Virus record (IMG/VR): IMGVR_UViG_3300036860_000563
Coordinates: 1 to 64,000 of that record
Source of the DNA: a virus
Lineage: Duplodnaviria > Heunggongvirae > Uroviricota > Caudoviricetes
Length of the DNA stretch: 64,000 nt
Strand: one strand, 5' to 3'
The position numbers were made by a program, and so were the translations under genes. The notes under the pieces are model-generated. The model did not search any database. It was not told the DNA's origin and saw nothing but the letters and a program-made list of their open reading frames with translations. The stretch's first letter is position 1; each line of letters begins with the position of its first letter. This document shows positions 44,544 to 53,738 of the stretch, in pieces.

Positions 44544-47500
44544 GTGGTACGCGTCCCGAGGTGGTCAGAGGATGAACTGGAGCGCCGCTCCGGCCAGCTA
44601 GCGGCGCTCATCCGGCGTGCCTGGCGCGCCGTCGCGCGCGTCGTCGCCGGCGACATCGGCCGGCGGAGACCGATGAGCGACGTCACACCTGACCTCATGC
44701 ACCACAATCGCGTCGCGTTCGCGTGGCACGTCGAGCTCGAGGATCAGGTTCTCGCGTACGTCGCGCGAACGTACGAGGACGCCGCGGCCGATGTGCTCAT
44801 CCCACTGGGTGATGCGGTCGCAAACCTAGCGCCACTGGGACCGGAACCCGCGCACCGACACCTCGCACTCGCGCGCAACCGACTGCGCGACGTCGCCGAT
44901 GACGTCTGGGTGATCGTGCGAGAGCAGCTCGTCCTGGGCAGCCAGGCGGGTGAGTCGACCCAGCAGCTCGCGCTCCGCGTTCAGAACGTCACGGGCATCT
45001 CCGACGCCCGGGCGTTCACGATCGCGCGGACGGAGGTGCACGCGGCCCACGAGGCCGGCGCGCACGACCAGGCGCTCTGGGTCGACCCAGACGGTAAGAA
45101 GGAGTGGCTCGCCACCGCGGACGACCGCACGCGTGAGTCACACCGCGTGGCAAGTGGGCAGACCGTCGCGCTGACGAAGTCGTTCAGCGTGGGAGAGGGC
45201 ACACTTCGCTACCCGGGCGACCCACTGGGCGACCCCGGTGAGACGATCAACTGCCGGTGCAGCACCGCGTTTCACATATCACTTGATATGATAGGCCCTG
45301 TGAGTGATCAGAGTGATCAGAGTGACCAGAGTGATCAGAGTGACGTTCACACCGTGACGGCCGGCGCGTGGAAGCCGCAGCAGCACCCGCGCGGGGCGGA
45401 CGGTAAGTTCATCGAGGCCGGCGCGATCAAGAACTTCTTGAGCGCGAAGAAGCCAACGTTTGATCACGCAGCGTCCGCTATAGCCGAGCTCAACCAGCAG
45501 AAGTGGAGCAAGCTTACCGACGAGCAGCGTCAACGCTTTGCGAGTGTCGTCGCCGCCTGGCCCGACGACAACATACTCAAAAAGAAGATCACTAAGCTCT
45601 CGCAGGTACCGGAGCCGGCGACGTCAAGCTCGCCACCAGGTGACTTCTCTCATCTTAAGAAGGTCGGCGCACAGCGGGGCTCCAACCCCGGTGGGATCTT
45701 CGAGGGGCCGGACGGGCAGCGCTACTACGTTAAGAAGGCGAAGACGCCGCAGCACGCGGCCAACGAGCGAGCGGCCGCGCAGCTGTACGAACTCGCCGGG
45801 ATCGACGTGCCTCAAGTCACACAGGGTGAGGGCGCACCGGGGCTCGGTGCTGGGTTGCAGACGCGCACGAAGCTCGTACCAGGCGCGCAGACCGATCTTA
45901 AGAAGAAGCTGCACGACCCGGCCTACGTAGCCGTGCTGCGCGAGGGTTTCGTCGTGGACGCGTGGCTCGCCAACTGGGACGTGGCGGGTCTGACGTACGA
46001 CAACGTCGTCACCGATGAGTACGGTGACCCGTGGCGGATCGACGTCGGGGGCGCGCTACTCTACCGTGCGATGGGCGCGCCGAAGGGTGTGGCGTTCGGT
46101 GATGAGGTGACCGAGCTCGACACGCTTCGTGATCCGGCGAAGAACCCGCAGGCGGCGTCCATCTTCGCGGGTATGACCGACGCCGAGCTGCGCGAGTCCG
46201 CGAAGCGCGTCGTTTCGATCACACCAGAGCAGATCGACCAAGTGATCACACAGGCGGGTTTACCGGCGTCCGTGGCGGAGACGCTCAAGAAGCGCCGCGA
46301 GTACATCATGAAGATGTACCCACCGATCTCCTGGGTCTCACCGGACGAGGTGCCCGCGGCGACCGAGCCTCACACGCCGGTCCCGGCGAAGCTGAAGAAG
46401 CTCACACCCTCCACGAAGAAGGTTGTACCTGCGACAATCTACAAGTCGCACGACGTGGGTGACGTCGTCGCGATCGACGAGCACAGCTCGATGCGGATCC
46501 GCTGGACGAGCGCGGGTTACACGCTCGACGTCAGCGATGACGATGGGGCCACCTGGACCCTAAAGACGAAGCTCACGAAGAGTCAGGCGTACCAGTCACT
46601 CAAGAGTAACACGATGTGGCGAGAACCGACTCTCGACGTCGTCGCTGGTCCGGAGGTAACGCCACCGGCGCCAACACCGGTGAAACCGCCTGTGACGACG
46701 AAGTTGGTGCCGAAACCAGAGTCGAAACCAGAGTCGAAACCGAAACCGAAACCGAAACCAGAGCAGCTCAGCGATGGCACCAACTACGAATCGGATGACG
46801 TACCGAACTGGCAGGACGTCATCGATCCAGATGTTCTTAACGCGCTGTCACCGGGCACGGTCATCGCCGTCTCGACCGACGGCAACTACCGACTCGTGAA
46901 GGCGCCGGGCGGTAACCTCATACTTGACATGCAAAAGCTTAGTGACGCTGGGTGGCTGCCGTGGGGAGGTATCTACACTCCTAACTATGATGACGGTGAC
47001 GAGCTCTTCGCCGAAGAACTCTCGCACTACGCGTCCGCGTGGGTGAAACCTAACTCACCACTAGGCCAACAGCTGTTAGATAAGAGTGACAAATTACCGA
47101 CGTTACCCGCACCGGTGGAAGACTTTCATTACTGGGTTGAGAAGTTGGTGCCACCATCACCCCCACCGGTTGAGCTCGCCGGTGTGTCCGGCACCAACAT
47201 CACACTTCACGAGTACAAGGACCTAGTTAACGTCGCGCTGAGCTCACCGGGCACGACCGTCGCGAAGACACCGGTGGGTGATGTACTACGGTCATCGAGT
47301 AGCGGGCACCTCATCTGGTACCACGCCGGTGACGAGCCCACCTCCGAGCAGTTGAACAAGCTCAAAGCGATTCAGTTGATGCGCAGTCCTACCGCTGGCT
47401 GGGTGATCGACGCTCAACTACTCGCGCAATCGTCTCACCCAAGTGTAGTTGACCTGGACTATGAACCGGATGACACACCCAACTGGGAAGAGATTCAGCA

Positions 47501-50042
47501 CCCAGCGGTTGACCCACCAACGGGTACCGTGCTCGCTGTCTCTACTGATGGTGAGTACATTCTCGTGTCGGAAGCACCGTTCGGTGACTTTATCGTAAAA
47601 CGTAAAGTTAACGGAGAGTGGTCGGACGTTAGTAGTTACGCACCTGAGGAGCTCAACGCGCTCGGTTGGTCCATTGATCACGCGCTTGAGTCGTACTCGT
47701 CTGCGTGGGTGACTCCCAGCTCTCCGTTAGGCCAGCGACTGCTCGAGAACGCACCGCCGCCGTCGCCGCAGTTACTACCACCGTCACCACCATCATCGGT
47801 GGGTGGCCAACCACTCGTTGGGTGGACCAGTGAGGACGTCGTCGAAGATTGGACGTTCCCGGACGCTAAGACTTGGCAACCAGGTGATGTCATCGCGCTA
47901 GCGGTGAGTGGCACAGGTCGGATCGTCGCACGTGATGATCCAATCTACGTGTACGCACTTCAACGTTGGTCTAACGGTGCGTGGAAGGATGAGTACTACG
48001 AGGAGAAGGGTGGGCTTCTTAAGTATCACACCCCCTCCTTCATCGACGATGGGGTGTGGGTGGTGCCACACCCGGGCATTAAGATTAACACGGACGAGCA
48101 GCTCACCACGCAGTCATCGGTCGTCACTCCGTCCGGTACCGTCGTCGACGTCACGCAGGTGCCAACCGCGACGCAGGTTGCGATGAAGAAGCACCTGAAG
48201 AAGCTCGGTGTTGGTTACTGGTCTAAGCCAGAGAAGATCTGGGAGGCTGTCAAGGAGCTGCAGAGTTCGTACGTTGGTACGAATGATGAGCAGCTCACAC
48301 CACTGCAGGTGCTGCAGTCGCTGGACGTGCAGACAAAGACGAAGGAACCGTCACCCTTTGAGACGAAGGTGACGAAGTGGCTCAGCACCGAGGCTGGGCA
48401 GGCGTACCTAGCGAAGCAGTACGAACCATCGCCATCACCGACGAGTGCGATCGAAACGTTTCTCGCACAGAAGACTAAGACACTTGGTTACCTCGACGAT
48501 GCGGTGTTTGATCTCACGCAAGAGAAGTGGGACGCGCTCACAGTTGATGATCAGCAGCAGTTCCTGGTCGCCGTCGACGCCGTTGTGGACCAGGATGACT
48601 CAAACGCGATCAAAGAGAAGATCGTTGGGTTGATGACTGGGTCGTGGTCAACGCCGACGACGTCGACGTCGACACCGTTGCCCGGGTTGCCCGGTTATCC
48701 AACCGTGAACTCCAACGTCAACGTGCCGTACACTCTAAAGAACAACCCCGCGACGACCGGAAATGAGATCTTCGCGCAGCTTCAGCACGCAGCAGACGGG
48801 CAAGTGCTCGCGTACGGTAACTCAGGAGCGTTCAAGTATCGGTTCGTAGTCGTTGAGACCGACGGTGTTAAGGGTGTCACTGTAGAGTCTTACAGCGTGG
48901 GTACGTGGCACACGTGGACCGGCTCGTGGGCGACGTCATTCTCGACGATGCCAGCTTTTGCTAAGTACGGTCTCACTAATCTCGTAACCGCCAAGAACGC
49001 AAAGATCGTTAATACAAAGAAGTCGAAGACGACGACGACGACGAAGACGACGACTAGGGCCAAGGCTGAGGCTGAGGTCGAGGTGGTTACACCACTGCCC
49101 ACCGCGGGTAAGCTCAACCTGGGCAGTGGTGACATCGAGCACCTCACCGACGAGAAGAAGGCGAAGCTCTACGCCGAGTTTAAGAAGCAACCTGCGACGT
49201 ACCTCAGCTCACCACCGGAGGACATCTACGCCGCACTGAGCACCATCGCCGACACGTACGGTATGAGCACCCTGCAGCTGCTGCGCGTCATCGACGACGT
49301 TGGTGCTAAGAAGGTCAACAAGACCGACGAGCACCTCTTTGAGCAGACCATCATTAAGTGGCTCGGCACACCTAAGGGTCACGCGGTTGTGACCGGCCAG
49401 CCGATCCCAAAGCCGCCCGCGCCACTACTGAGCGCGGGTGTCGACCCAACGAAGATTCCGACGTTCGAGGAGTCGTCGAAGTACTCGTACGGTGTCATCT
49501 TCATGGGTAAGCCGATCGACGAGTTCTGGGCCGAGGCCGTCGCGGCGCACGGTGAGTGGACCGACGATCAGAAGAAGGGCCTGCGCGCGTACACCGGTGG
49601 CATCTACTACTCGATCAACTCATACCTGTTCGGTAAGATCGAGACGATCAGCTCCACGAACTCAAAGGCGATGCACCAGGTGCAGCTCGGCATGCGATCG
49701 TCCACTCGTCCACTACTACTGCACCGGGGCGTCGGTTACAACGCTCTGGGTGTTCACAGTCACGAGCAGCTGGAGAAGCTCGTCGGCCAGACGCGCGTGC
49801 AGGAGGGCTTTGGCTCCACCAGCGTGGGTGGTCACGCCGCGTTCTCAGGACAGATGACGTTGGAGGTCGAGGCACCACCTGGTACTCCGATGGCGTGGGT
49901 GCAACCGATCTCACACTACAAAAGTGAGAACGAAATGGTGCTCGCCGCCGGTCTTCACTACCGGATCGTCAGCGTGAAGAAGGTGGGGTATCGGAGCGTG
50001 GTGCGCGTCCGGGTCGTACCACCGCCGAAGGAGACGAAGTGA
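44544..50042 (+). CDS. giant MuF-like (Mu F / SPP1 gp7) minor capsid protein with an internal kinase-like domain, tandemly duplicated modules and a C-terminal ADP-ribosyltransferase domain
   Basis: MuF motif DDRTRESHRVASGQTV...GETINCRCS. ART motifs LRAYTGGIYYSINSYL, LLLHRGVGY (Arg), GFGSTSV (STS), SENEMVL (ExE). Internal duplicated about-150-aa modules (YESDDVPNWQDV...WVKPNSPLGQQLL / YEPDDTPNWEEI...WVTPSSPLGQRLL). Confidence 0.75.
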   Translation: MVRVPRWSEDELERRSGQLAALIRRAWRAVARVVAGDIGRRRPMSDVTPDLMHHNRVAFAWHVELEDQVLAYVARTYEDAAADVLIPLGDAVANLAPLGPEPAHRHLALARNRLRDVADDVWVIVREQLVLGSQAGESTQQLALRVQNVTGISDARAFTIARTEVHAAHEAGAHDQALWVDPDGKKEWLATADDRTRESHRVASGQTVALTKSFSVGEGTLRYPGDPLGDPGETINCRCSTAFHISLDMIGPVSDQSDQSDQSDQSDVHTVTAGAWKPQQHPRGADGKFIEAGAIKNFLSAKKPTFDHAASAIAELNQQKWSKLTDEQRQRFASVVAAWPDDNILKKKITKLSQVPEPATSSSPPGDFSHLKKVGAQRGSNPGGIFEGPDGQRYYVKKAKTPQHAANERAAAQLYELAGIDVPQVTQGEGAPGLGAGLQTRTKLVPGAQTDLKKKLHDPAYVAVLREGFVVDAWLANWDVAGLTYDNVVTDEYGDPWRIDVGGALLYRAMGAPKGVAFGDEVTELDTLRDPAKNPQAASIFAGMTDAELRESAKRVVSITPEQIDQVITQAGLPASVAETLKKRREYIMKMYPPISWVSPDEVPAATEPHTPVPAKLKKLTPSTKKVVPATIYKSHDVGDVVAIDEHSSMRIRWTSAGYTLDVSDDDGATWTLKTKLTKSQAYQSLKSNTMWREPTLDVVAGPEVTPPAPTPVKPPVTTKLVPKPESKPESKPKPKPKPEQLSDGTNYESDDVPNWQDVIDPDVLNALSPGTVIAVSTDGNYRLVKAPGGNLILDMQKLSDAGWLPWGGIYTPNYDDGDELFAEELSHYASAWVKPNSPLGQQLLDKSDKLPTLPAPVEDFHYWVEKLVPPSPPPVELAGVSGTNITLHEYKDLVNVALSSPGTTVAKTPVGDVLRSSSSGHLIWYHAGDEPTSEQLNKLKAIQLMRSPTAGWVIDAQLLAQSSHPSVVDLDYEPDDTPNWEEIQHPAVDPPTGTVLAVSTDGEYILVSEAPFGDFIVKRKVNGEWSDVSSYAPEELNALGWSIDHALESYSSAWVTPSSPLGQRLLENAPPPSPQLLPPSPPSSVGGQPLVGWTSEDVVEDWTFPDAKTWQPGDVIALAVSGTGRIVARDDPIYVYALQRWSNGAWKDEYYEEKGGLLKYHTPSFIDDGVWVVPHPGIKINTDEQLTTQSSVVTPSGTVVDVTQVPTATQVAMKKHLKKLGVGYWSKPEKIWEAVKELQSSYVGTNDEQLTPLQVLQSLDVQTKTKEPSPFETKVTKWLSTEAGQAYLAKQYEPSPSPTSAIETFLAQKTKTLGYLDDAVFDLTQEKWDALTVDDQQQFLVAVDAVVDQDDSNAIKEKIVGLMTGSWSTPTTSTSTPLPGLPGYPTVNSNVNVPYTLKNNPATTGNEIFAQLQHAADGQVLAYGNSGAFKYRFVVVETDGVKGVTVESYSVGTWHTWTGSWATSFSTMPAFAKYGLTNLVTAKNAKIVNTKKSKTTTTTKTTTRAKAEAEVEVVTPLPTAGKLNLGSGDIEHLTDEKKAKLYAEFKKQPATYLSSPPEDIYAALSTIADTYGMSTLQLLRVIDDVGAKKVNKTDEHLFEQTIIKWLGTPKGHAVVTGQPIPKPPAPLLSAGVDPTKIPTFEESSKYSYGVIFMGKPIDEFWAEAVAAHGEWTDDQKKGLRAYTGGIYYSINSYLFGKIETISSTNSKAMHQVQLGMRSSTRPLLLHRGVGYNALGVHSHEQLEKLVGQTRVQEGFGSTSVGGHAAFSGQMTLEVEAPPGTPMAWVQPISHYKSENEMVLAAGLHYRIVSVKKVGYRSVVRVRVVPPPKETK

Positions 50043-53000
50043 GCGCGCTCGAGGACGACATTGGCTTCACACTCACCACCGTCGTTGAGATGCCACGCGG
50101 TCTGACCACGGACGAGGCACACCGGTTTCTCGCCACAGGTGAGTTGCTAACCGACGTGAATGTCGAGCTGACGTTAGCGACCACGGAGGTAGGTCCCACG
50201 GTGGCGCGGAGAGCACCGAGTGCGAGTGAGGTGCGAGCGTGGCTCGCGGGTGTGGCACCAGCGATCACGGCCGGAGGGTCCAGCGCTAACGTACGTCACG
50301 AGAAGTACGTTGGTGAACTAGGTGATGATGACCAGACGGGTGAACACGCAGGCCGATGGTGTGAGTCAGCTGAGCTGGTTAAACCGGTTGAACTGGCTAA
50401 AACTGGTACAAAATTGGTGCCGGTAACCTCCTCCGAGACGCCCGAACCGTCACCGGCCGTAGTCGAACCAACGGTGAAATCAGTGATGGATGTGACGCAT
50501 ACCGGAGCTATGATCGCATTAAGGCCCGCCGACGTCGACGCCCAGCGACTCGCCATTGACGGCGGTGAGGAACCGAACGAGCTGCACTGCACGCTCTACT
50601 ACCTGGGAGACGCCACCAACTTCTCCGAGGACGCGCGTGCGCAACTCATCGACCTCGTGCGTGAGTACGTGTACGACTCACCCACGCTCACGGTGGATGG
50701 CTTTGCGATCTCCATGTTCAACCCACCGGGTACCGAGCGAGTTGACGATGACATGGAGCGTGAGCCGTGCGTCGTGCTGGGCCTGTCCGGGTCCGCGTTG
50801 ACGTCGGTGCACGACGCCGTCGCGACCGCCATCGAGGACCACGGTGTCGACCTACCGGAGCAGCACTCACCCTGGGTTCCGCACATCACACTCGTCTACA
50901 CCGATGACGCGGACCTGAGTGCGTTCACCGAGAAGACCGGACCGGTGACACTTGATACGGTGTGCGTGTACTTCGGTGATGACCGATACGAGATTCCACT
51001 GGACGAGAGTAGTGACGATGACGATGACGACGAGCAAACGACGGGTGACGCTGCGTACGACGTTGAGCTGAGTGACGCGGGTGAGCTGATCGTACCGAAC
51101 GTGCTGCTCGACTGGCGAGCGTGGGTGACGCTCGAGAGAGAACGTGACGTCAACCTACCGAGTGGGCCCGGTCACCAGCTTCGGGACTACTGGGTTCACG
51201 GTCCCGGCGCACTGAAGATCAGGTGGAACACGGAGGGTGACGGCACGCGGTGCATCCGGTACCTTCGTAAGTACGTGAAGGATCCGGGTGGCCTGTGCCA
51301 AGAGTATCACCGACTCGCGACCGGTAAGAGCATGCACCCACACCCGGGACGAGTCACCGAGTCCAGCGACACCGTAACACTGAGTGACACCTCGTTGTAC
51401 GGTAGACCTAACGCCGAGGGAGGTGCTGACGTGCCCTGGCACGTTGAGAAGCGTGGTGATGAGTTCTGCGTCGTGAAGGACGCCGATGACAGTGTGGCTG
51501 GGTGTCACAACCTACGAACAGACGCGATCAACCAGCTGCGCGCGCTCTACGCGAGTGAACCAGATGTGGCCGCCGACGCGCGCGTCGTAGGTGACTGCCC
51601 ACCGGGACATCATCGTATGCCCAGCGGTGAGTGCATGGCCGACGAGGACATGACGTCACCAACACCAACGTCAACACCGGCAGTAGGCCCGAGTGGCGCG
51701 TACGAGCTCGACCCGGCCGCGACGATCGCACCGTGGGAGGGTGTGCTGACCCTGGAGGGTGTCGAGTCCGGTGACGGTCGAATGTTCGCCGCCGGTTCAC
51801 TGTCGTGGGACACAACGCCGAGTGACGGTCTACCGCTGATGTGGCAGAAGGAGACGAGTCACGGTGGTCAGGGTGACGTCTCGGTGCGAGTTGGTAGCGT
51901 TCAGGAGGTGTGGCGTGAGCCCGACCCGGGTGGACGCGCCGACGTTAACATGATCAGGGGTCGGGGCGTCTTCGACCTGCGCAACCCGGACGGCCACGAG
52001 GCCCACCGACGCATGTGGGACGGCTTCATGTCCGGCAACTCGGTGGACGTGGACTCGGTGAAGGACGCGAGCGTCGAGGTCGTCTACCCAGCGACGGTAA
52101 CGGAGAGTGGTAGCGCGAGTTCTCAGGTGTTCGGCACGCCCGAGCTCACGGTGTTTCACCGTGGACGCATCCGCGGCACGACGCTCGTCGAGTTTCCAGC
52201 GTTCACCGAGGCGCGGCTGCACCTCATCAACCCGGTGACGGCGAGCGCCGAAGAGTCCGGTGACGATGACGTGACGAGCGCAGAGACGGCGACGACGACT
52301 CTCACCGGCTCCAGCACCGGTGCGACCGAGGTGCACGTCGCGGCGTCATCAGACGCGTCGTGGGACGCCGGTGCCAACGAGACCAGGCTACCGTCGCCGT
52401 TACCACTGAGCGTCGCTAAGAAGATGTTCGCGTACGTGGACACGTCGCAGGTCGAGAACGGTCACGTACCGAAGAGTGCGGGTAAGCTGCCCCACCACGA
52501 GGTGAGCGTGACCGGTGCTCCGGGGGCGGCCAACCTCACCGGTGTGTCGGCCGCGATCGGCGCGCTGCACGGCGCGCGAACGCCGGTGAGCGTTCCGAGT
52601 GGAGCGCGTCACGCGATCTACGAGCACCTCGCGGCTCACCTGCGTGCCGCTGGGCGTGAGCCACCGCCGTTCTCACTCGTGGCTGAGCGAACGCAGACCC
52701 TCGTGGCGGCGACCAGCGTCATTCAGATCTCGGACACACCGCCACGTGAGTGGTTCGCCGAGCCGGTCGACGTGCCGGCGCACGGTGCGCTGACCGTCAC
52801 CGCCGAGGGCCGTGTGTACGGCTACCTCGCACCGCTCAACGTACGTCACCGTTCGTTCTCCGGGCGCAACCAACTCGTACCGTTTAAGAACGTCGACTAC
52901 GACCGGTTCATGGGTGGTGAGACGATCGTCGCGGACGGCGGGCGTGTGACGACCGGCCCGATCACGATGAACTGTGGCCACCTACCACCGGTTCCGGGTT

Positions 53001-53479
53001 TCGACGCGTTGGACGCGCAGGAGCACTACGACAACTCGTGCTCGGTGGTGGCGGCGGTGCGAGTTGGTGAGAACCAGACCGGTGTCTGGGTGGCCGGCGC
53101 GCTGCTGCCCGACGTCACACCGGCGCAGGTCACACGTATGATGACGTGCCGGCTGTCCGGTGACTGGAGACCGCACCTGGACCGGTTCGGTTGGCGTGAG
53201 CTCACCGCCGCGCTGCTGGTGCCCGTGCCCGGCTTTCCGATGGCGCGCGTCGCACCTAGCGTCTCCGTCGATGACGGTCAGCTCGTCGCGGCCGCCGTCC
53301 CACTTGAGTTTCTCGGTGGTGAACCGCAAGTTAACTTGCGACTCACCGTCGACGCGCTACGTGCGGAGACGTCGTCGCTACGCAGGACGTTGGTGCAGGT
53401 CCTCGCGCGCCGGGTAGGACGTGATCCTCGATCACGCGCCGATCAACTACGCGCGCGCGTGCACGAGAGTGAGGGGTGA
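50039..53479 (+). CDS. capsid maturation (prohead) protease with an N-terminal 2H-phosphoesterase (LigT-like) domain and a large C-terminal extension
   Basis: 2H motifs HCTLYYLG and HITLVYT (two HxTx). HK97-type protease region GDGRMFAAGSL...LPLMWQKETSH...GFMSGNSVDVD. Poly-Asp linker SDDDDDDEQ. Confidence 0.6.
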   Translation: MSALEDDIGFTLTTVVEMPRGLTTDEAHRFLATGELLTDVNVELTLATTEVGPTVARRAPSASEVRAWLAGVAPAITAGGSSANVRHEKYVGELGDDDQTGEHAGRWCESAELVKPVELAKTGTKLVPVTSSETPEPSPAVVEPTVKSVMDVTHTGAMIALRPADVDAQRLAIDGGEEPNELHCTLYYLGDATNFSEDARAQLIDLVREYVYDSPTLTVDGFAISMFNPPGTERVDDDMEREPCVVLGLSGSALTSVHDAVATAIEDHGVDLPEQHSPWVPHITLVYTDDADLSAFTEKTGPVTLDTVCVYFGDDRYEIPLDESSDDDDDDEQTTGDAAYDVELSDAGELIVPNVLLDWRAWVTLERERDVNLPSGPGHQLRDYWVHGPGALKIRWNTEGDGTRCIRYLRKYVKDPGGLCQEYHRLATGKSMHPHPGRVTESSDTVTLSDTSLYGRPNAEGGADVPWHVEKRGDEFCVVKDADDSVAGCHNLRTDAINQLRALYASEPDVAADARVVGDCPPGHHRMPSGECMADEDMTSPTPTSTPAVGPSGAYELDPAATIAPWEGVLTLEGVESGDGRMFAAGSLSWDTTPSDGLPLMWQKETSHGGQGDVSVRVGSVQEVWREPDPGGRADVNMIRGRGVFDLRNPDGHEAHRRMWDGFMSGNSVDVDSVKDASVEVVYPATVTESGSASSQVFGTPELTVFHRGRIRGTTLVEFPAFTEARLHLINPVTASAEESGDDDVTSAETATTTLTGSSTGATEVHVAASSDASWDAGANETRLPSPLPLSVAKKMFAYVDTSQVENGHVPKSAGKLPHHEVSVTGAPGAANLTGVSAAIGALHGARTPVSVPSGARHAIYEHLAAHLRAAGREPPPFSLVAERTQTLVAATSVIQISDTPPREWFAEPVDVPAHGALTVTAEGRVYGYLAPLNVRHRSFSGRNQLVPFKNVDYDRFMGGETIVADGGRVTTGPITMNCGHLPPVPGFDALDAQEHYDNSCSVVAAVRVGENQTGVWVAGALLPDVTPAQVTRMMTCRLSGDWRPHLDRFGWRELTAALLVPVPGFPMARVAPSVSVDDGQLVAAAVPLEFLGGEPQVNLRLTVDALRAETSSLRRTLVQVLARRVGRDPRSRADQLRARVHESEG

Positions 53480-53738
53480 ACCCAGTGCCGTGCCCCTGCC
53501 GGGAGAGAAGTCACGACGAGGCGAGAACCTCAGTACAGCTCGACGCTTCTGTGGAGTCAACGTCGACGTCGAGCGACACCACCGATCAACCGACCGAGGC
53601 GACGTTAGCGCGCTGAACTCGCTCGAATAAATCTCAACGTGTCACCGTGCGTTGTTGCATCATGTGACATTGCACCGTAGTATGGTACTTGGGCCGCACG
53701 TCAACGTTGAAGTCCACACCGATGAGTGAGGTAACCCA

